A stretch of 64,000 nt of DNA from contig JBBPEB010000033.1 of the NCBI GenBank assembly GCA_039096225.1, positions 310,001-374,000 of the forward strand, read 5' to 3'. Source of the DNA: Blastocystis sp. Blastoise. Its lineage: Eukaryota > Protista > Bigyra: Opalinata. Positions 59,834 to 64,000 of this stretch are shown here, piece by piece. Position 1 is the stretch's first letter. Each line of letters begins with the position of its first letter. A program made the position numbers and the translations under genes. The notes beneath the pieces are model-generated. The model was not told the DNA's origin. It worked only from the letters and a program-made list of their open reading frames with translations, and did not search any database.

Positions 59834-60692
59834 ATGCATTTCGGAAAGATTATTCAGCGTGCTATGTCTACTGCTCCAAAAGAATGGGAACCTTATTGGA
59901 TGAATTATAAGCAATTCAAAGAGATTTTAGTTGATGTAGTAGAAGAGATTGATAGAAAGGAAGGTGAAGGAGATGAAGATATCAATATAACGGATATCGA
60001 TAATGACAAGCATTTCTTTTCAGAATTAGCAAAGAGTTTAGATAAGGTTGATTTATTTTTCAATAAAACTCAAAGTGAATTATATAATTCGGTGAGAGAT
60101 CTTGCTGAAAAAGCAGAAAAACTTAATACTGTAAGTATTTAGTTAGTACACCTATATTGTATATAATATATATATTATATTAACATATTTATATATAGAT
60201 TCCCGAAGAAGAACGTGATCGCCAATTAGATATTCTTATAGGTGAATGTATTCGTATTAATGGACAACTAGTTCTTCTTGAAGTGTTTGCACATGTAAAT
60301 TATTGTGGTTTCTCGAAAATCACAAAAAAGCATGACAAATTAACAAGTATATATTTTTGTTATATTATATATATTTATTTATTCTATTTATTTATTTATT
60401 TATTTATTTATAGAATTTACTACTCAATTGAAATTTATGAAGAATAAAGTCAATAATAAACGTTTTTCTGATCTTGTCATGTATATATATATATATATAT
60501 ATATTGATTATTGTGAAAAGAATATATATATTTATATATAGTTTAACTCAATTAATTAAAACAGTTGCTGAGATTTATAAATCTCTTTCAATTATGAAAA
60601 AGAATTCACAAGTAGAACCTCTTAATAAATATGAGCATGAAACTCAACAAATTGAATCCTCTTTGAAAGAAACTGATTCTCTTACAGAATAA
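59834..60692 (+). CDS. SPX-domain-only protein (4 exons)
   Basis: MHFGK, WEPYWMNYKQFK, FFSEL...KVDLFF, NYCGFSKITKKHDK (inositol-polyphosphate-binding Lys cluster). Confidence 0.9.
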
Positions 60693-61020
60693 ATAGAATA
60701 TATATTTTACTATTATAATATATATCTTCATTACTTTTTCTTATATAACATATATATATATTATTGTTTCTTTCATTTTGCTTATTCCTTTGACTTTTTT
60801 TTTCATTTTTATCAATTGCTTTTTCCTTTTTACATTTTTTTTTTCATTTTGTTTCATTTTTCTAAATGTTGTAATCTATTGTTAGTTGTACTTAATCTGT
60901 TCTTCTTTTTGTTGTTTTTTATATATTATTATTATTTTTATTTATAAACATATATACAAATATCAATTCACACAACAATTATATAATAAAATAGGTATAA
61001 AAAATAATATGAATATATGA

Positions 61021-62621
61021 TTATTCATCCATAGAAGTAGAGAATTCATCTTGTGTATTTAATCGCATTAGATATTTATTCTTATTCTTTGAAGACGTTC
61101 TTTGTGTTTTCATGGGTTCAGATTTCACTTCAAATGTTACTAAATGTTTGACAAACATGACAATATCTATAATTAAAATATATATATAAATAATATGAAT
61201 TATTTAATTAAATATACTATTATCAATATAACATAATAATATATATATCAATATATATACATAATAGAACACTTCCAAGAAGTGTAAAACCAGAAATAAA
61301 ATAAGTTAATAACTGATCAAATCGTTTTTCCAACGGGGATTGATTCTGATTGGTTACTGTATCAATACGACTATTCAATTCACCAATCTAAATAATTTAT
61401 AAAAAAAGAGAGTAGCAATTATTATTATTATGTTTATTATTATTATGTTTATTATTATTATGTTCATTATTATTATTATTATTAAATATATACGCTTGCA
61501 ACTACTTTTCTTGTTTCTTTATTTACAATTTTATTAAATTTTGTTTCATTTTCATTTAATATATATTGTGTCTTCTCTTCAATATCTTTTCTATTCTCTT
61601 CTAATCTATATAAAGAATATATGAATAAATTAGAAAACTATATAAAAATATATATATATACTTGATTCTATATCTCTTAGGAAGCAATTTCCATTGATCC
61701 TGGATCTCTTGAAGTAAATGAGTATAATTATCTAATGATGTCTATATATATATATATAGAATAAAATAGAATAGAATTAAAAAAAACTATTATACATATT
61801 GTAGAAATCTGTTTATTATATAAATAATACTATTATTATATTTATTATTATTATATATATACAGTAATCTCTTCTTCTACTTTATCTCGCTCTTGTTTTA
61901 ACTCTTCTAAATATGCATCCTATATATATATATATAATAATAATTATTATTATTATTTTTTATTATTAACATAATATATATACGCTTTCTTTTTGAAACT
62001 TTTCTAATTCATTTAATGCCATCGAATTACCTTGAATACTATTATTATTATTATTATTTATATTATTTATATTATTTGAAGAGGGGAAACTACGTTGAGA
62101 ATCCTCAGGTACTAATTGTGTTCCACGTATCCCTGTTCGAGGTACCATTCCTTCATGATGTGATAATGTATGTCCCAAATGAACAGAATAATTATCACCT
62201 GATTTATTTATAGTTTGCTTTATTTTGTTATGTGTATTCAAACTATCATGTATATTCTCTCCACTTTTGGTTTCTTTTAATGAATTTTTATTTTTATCAA
62301 CTTTTCTTCCCATCATTTTTGTTATTGTAGAAAATCCTGAAGCTAATAATTTCTTTTTTCGTGGTTCGCCTTTTATATTCTTTGGTGATTGAGGAACAAA
62401 TACTGGCTTTGAAGGCAGACTTAGTGATATTTTCTTGTCTATAGAGTAGATCATAAATATCTAAATAGAAAAATAATCATACCTTCTTTAGTCTTTTTTA
62501 ATTTTGTCTAGAAACAAAAGAAATAATAAAAATTAAAATAAAACAATCAATAAAATACACTGTCGTATGGACCTGGTTGGGTTGCTGCTCTATATTCTGC
62601 TTTCTCTTTAAATGCGTTCAT
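61021..62621 (-). CDS. Coiled-coil protein with a near-C-terminal hydrophobic segment; unknown function (8 exons)
   Basis: Exons join in frame from MNAFKEKAEY to ...STSMDE*; E/K/Q-rich heptads followed by LLTYFISGFTLLGSVLLYIVMFV. Confidence 0.65.
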
Positions 62622-63003
62622 AATAATATTTTGTTATTCTATATATAGGTTATCATTAATTGGTAAATGATGAAAAATATAGATTCAGAAATCAATTCAT
62701 ATCTAAAGAATCTTATTCAACCTTGCAAATAAGAAATAACAGAAATATATAACAATAAGAGAGATCCATATGAAATTTAATGAACATAAAACAATAATAA
62801 TCACTTTATTTATATATCCAAGGTACATACGGACTTCTTATTTTTATTTTTTGAATATATATGTAAACCCAATTAAATAGAGAATACTAAGAAGTTCATA
62901 AAAGATATGTTGTCCTTTTTTTGAATTCTGTTTTTTCCGCTTTTTAAATCAAAATAATCACAATTAAAACTTGAAATTCAAAAAGTATATCAAATTCATT
63001 CTT

Positions 63004-63459
63004 ATGGATATATTTGTTTGTGACGATGATATTTCGGAGAATAGTAATACTCAAACTTCTACTCTAGAGAACTCAGAAAACAATTCAGTATTATGTAATG
63101 AATTATCTAATCCTAGTGTTCTCGCATCTAACCTTCCTAATATCAACATCAAATTTTCAGATACAATATTTAATCCTGACGAAAGTTTTCAAATTCCATC
63201 AGAATTCAGTTTTATTCCTGATATAAATAATAATTCAAACACGAATTCGAATGTATCACCTACAACCGAGTTCACTATGTATTCACAGAAAACAAACTAT
63301 TATAATTATATAAAAAATGTAAAACCATATTTTACATATTCAATAATACGAAAGCACGTGGATAATCTATTGTTATGTAAAGATCAATTAGAAAAAATGG
63401 AACAGCAAATACTTGAGTGTATAGATTCATCAGAGCCAAACACTCAAGAAAAAACCTAG
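63004..63459 (+). CDS. Intronless hypothetical protein (151 aa)
   Basis: Open frame with exon-like composition from ATG 63004 to TAG; no recognisable motif. Confidence 0.5.
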   Translation: MDIFVCDDDISENSNTQTSTLENSENNSVLCNELSNPSVLASNLPNINIKFSDTIFNPDESFQIPSEFSFIPDINNNSNTNSNVSPTTEFTMYSQKTNYYNYIKNVKPYFTYSIIRKHVDNLLLCKDQLEKMEQQILECIDSSEPNTQEKT

Positions 63460-63684
63460 TAGTGCTATAAACAAAACAAATTCAAATAAAGACAACACAA
63501 ATAATCGAATATTTAAAACAAATAAAATATAAACATAAATATGAAAAATATATATACATATATGTTTTTAGTCTTTTGTTGTATATATATTTTATATATA
63601 TAAATGAAATTAATAAGAATACGATAAATAAAAAGTAGATACTCTATAAAAAATATACATACAGAAAGACTATGAATAATATAT

Positions 63685-63916
63685 TTATTCTTTCATATTG
63701 ACTTTATTTTCTTCTTTAACTTCTCCTTCTTCTTCAGGTAAAATAAAGTATTTCTTGTCTTTTTCTCTCATTTCTCCTTGAAAGATTTTGGGTAATGTTT
63801 CATTATTTAGAATATAATTCCAACTTTCTTTATTGCCCATTGTATTAAAAGCACATGCTTGTTTTGTGAATGATTGGATATCAGGATTGTACGAACGTAA
63901 CAGAACAGGAATTTCC
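63685..63916 (-). CDS. Terminal exon of a gene that starts beyond the window
   Basis: After a TATAG acceptor: EIPVLLRSYNPDIQSFTKQACAFNTMGNKESWNYIL...NMKE*. Confidence 0.6.
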
Positions 63917-64000
63917 CTATATATAATGTATATAATAAAAATAAATGTTATATTATATATAATTTATATTATTAGGAATATATATAAAGTATTCATTATT

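Noticed and set aside
61021-62621. SNARE or TMCC/TEX28 assignment for the coiled-coil/TM protein
   Set aside because: Only the architecture is similar; no diagnostic motif could be verified by eye.

Overview
Gene-dense, very AT-rich nuclear DNA from an intron-rich unicellular eukaryote using the standard genetic code. A Blastocystis/Proteromonas-type stramenopile is a plausible source, but that is inference, not shown. Most entries in the ORF track are single exons or microsatellite noise, so I rebuilt 24 gene models by hand, splicing across roughly 130-140 introns that mostly read GTATAT...TATAG. In order they are: a GOLD-domain 3' end, MFS sugar porter, inositol monophosphatase, NDUFV1, aldo-keto reductase 1, a large low-complexity protein, a LolD/MacB-type ABC ATPase, an SDR, aldo-keto reductase 2, TRM6, C1D, an intronless Cet1/TTM-type RNA triphosphatase, PSF2, an R3H-DEAH helicase, a full-length thioester (alpha-2-macroglobulin-like) protein, TM9SF, TRM8, beta-adaptin, SLU7, RPA12, CENP-T, an SPX-only protein and three unknowns. 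Main points for follow-up: (1) four introns in conserved genes have non-canonical ends (AT-AG twice, GG-AG, GT-AA or AT-AG), and in each the odd base equals the spliced-mRNA base; (2) the palindrome CCGCGG is strongly enriched in exons regardless of frame, clustered at 32.8-40.5 kb; (3) a GCFEQ-type thioester protein; (4) a 702-bp MITE-like element with perfect 27-bp inverted ends directly upstream of the intronless RNA triphosphatase. No rRNA, tRNA or CRISPR was recognised. Coordinates were counted by hand and may be off by a few bases.
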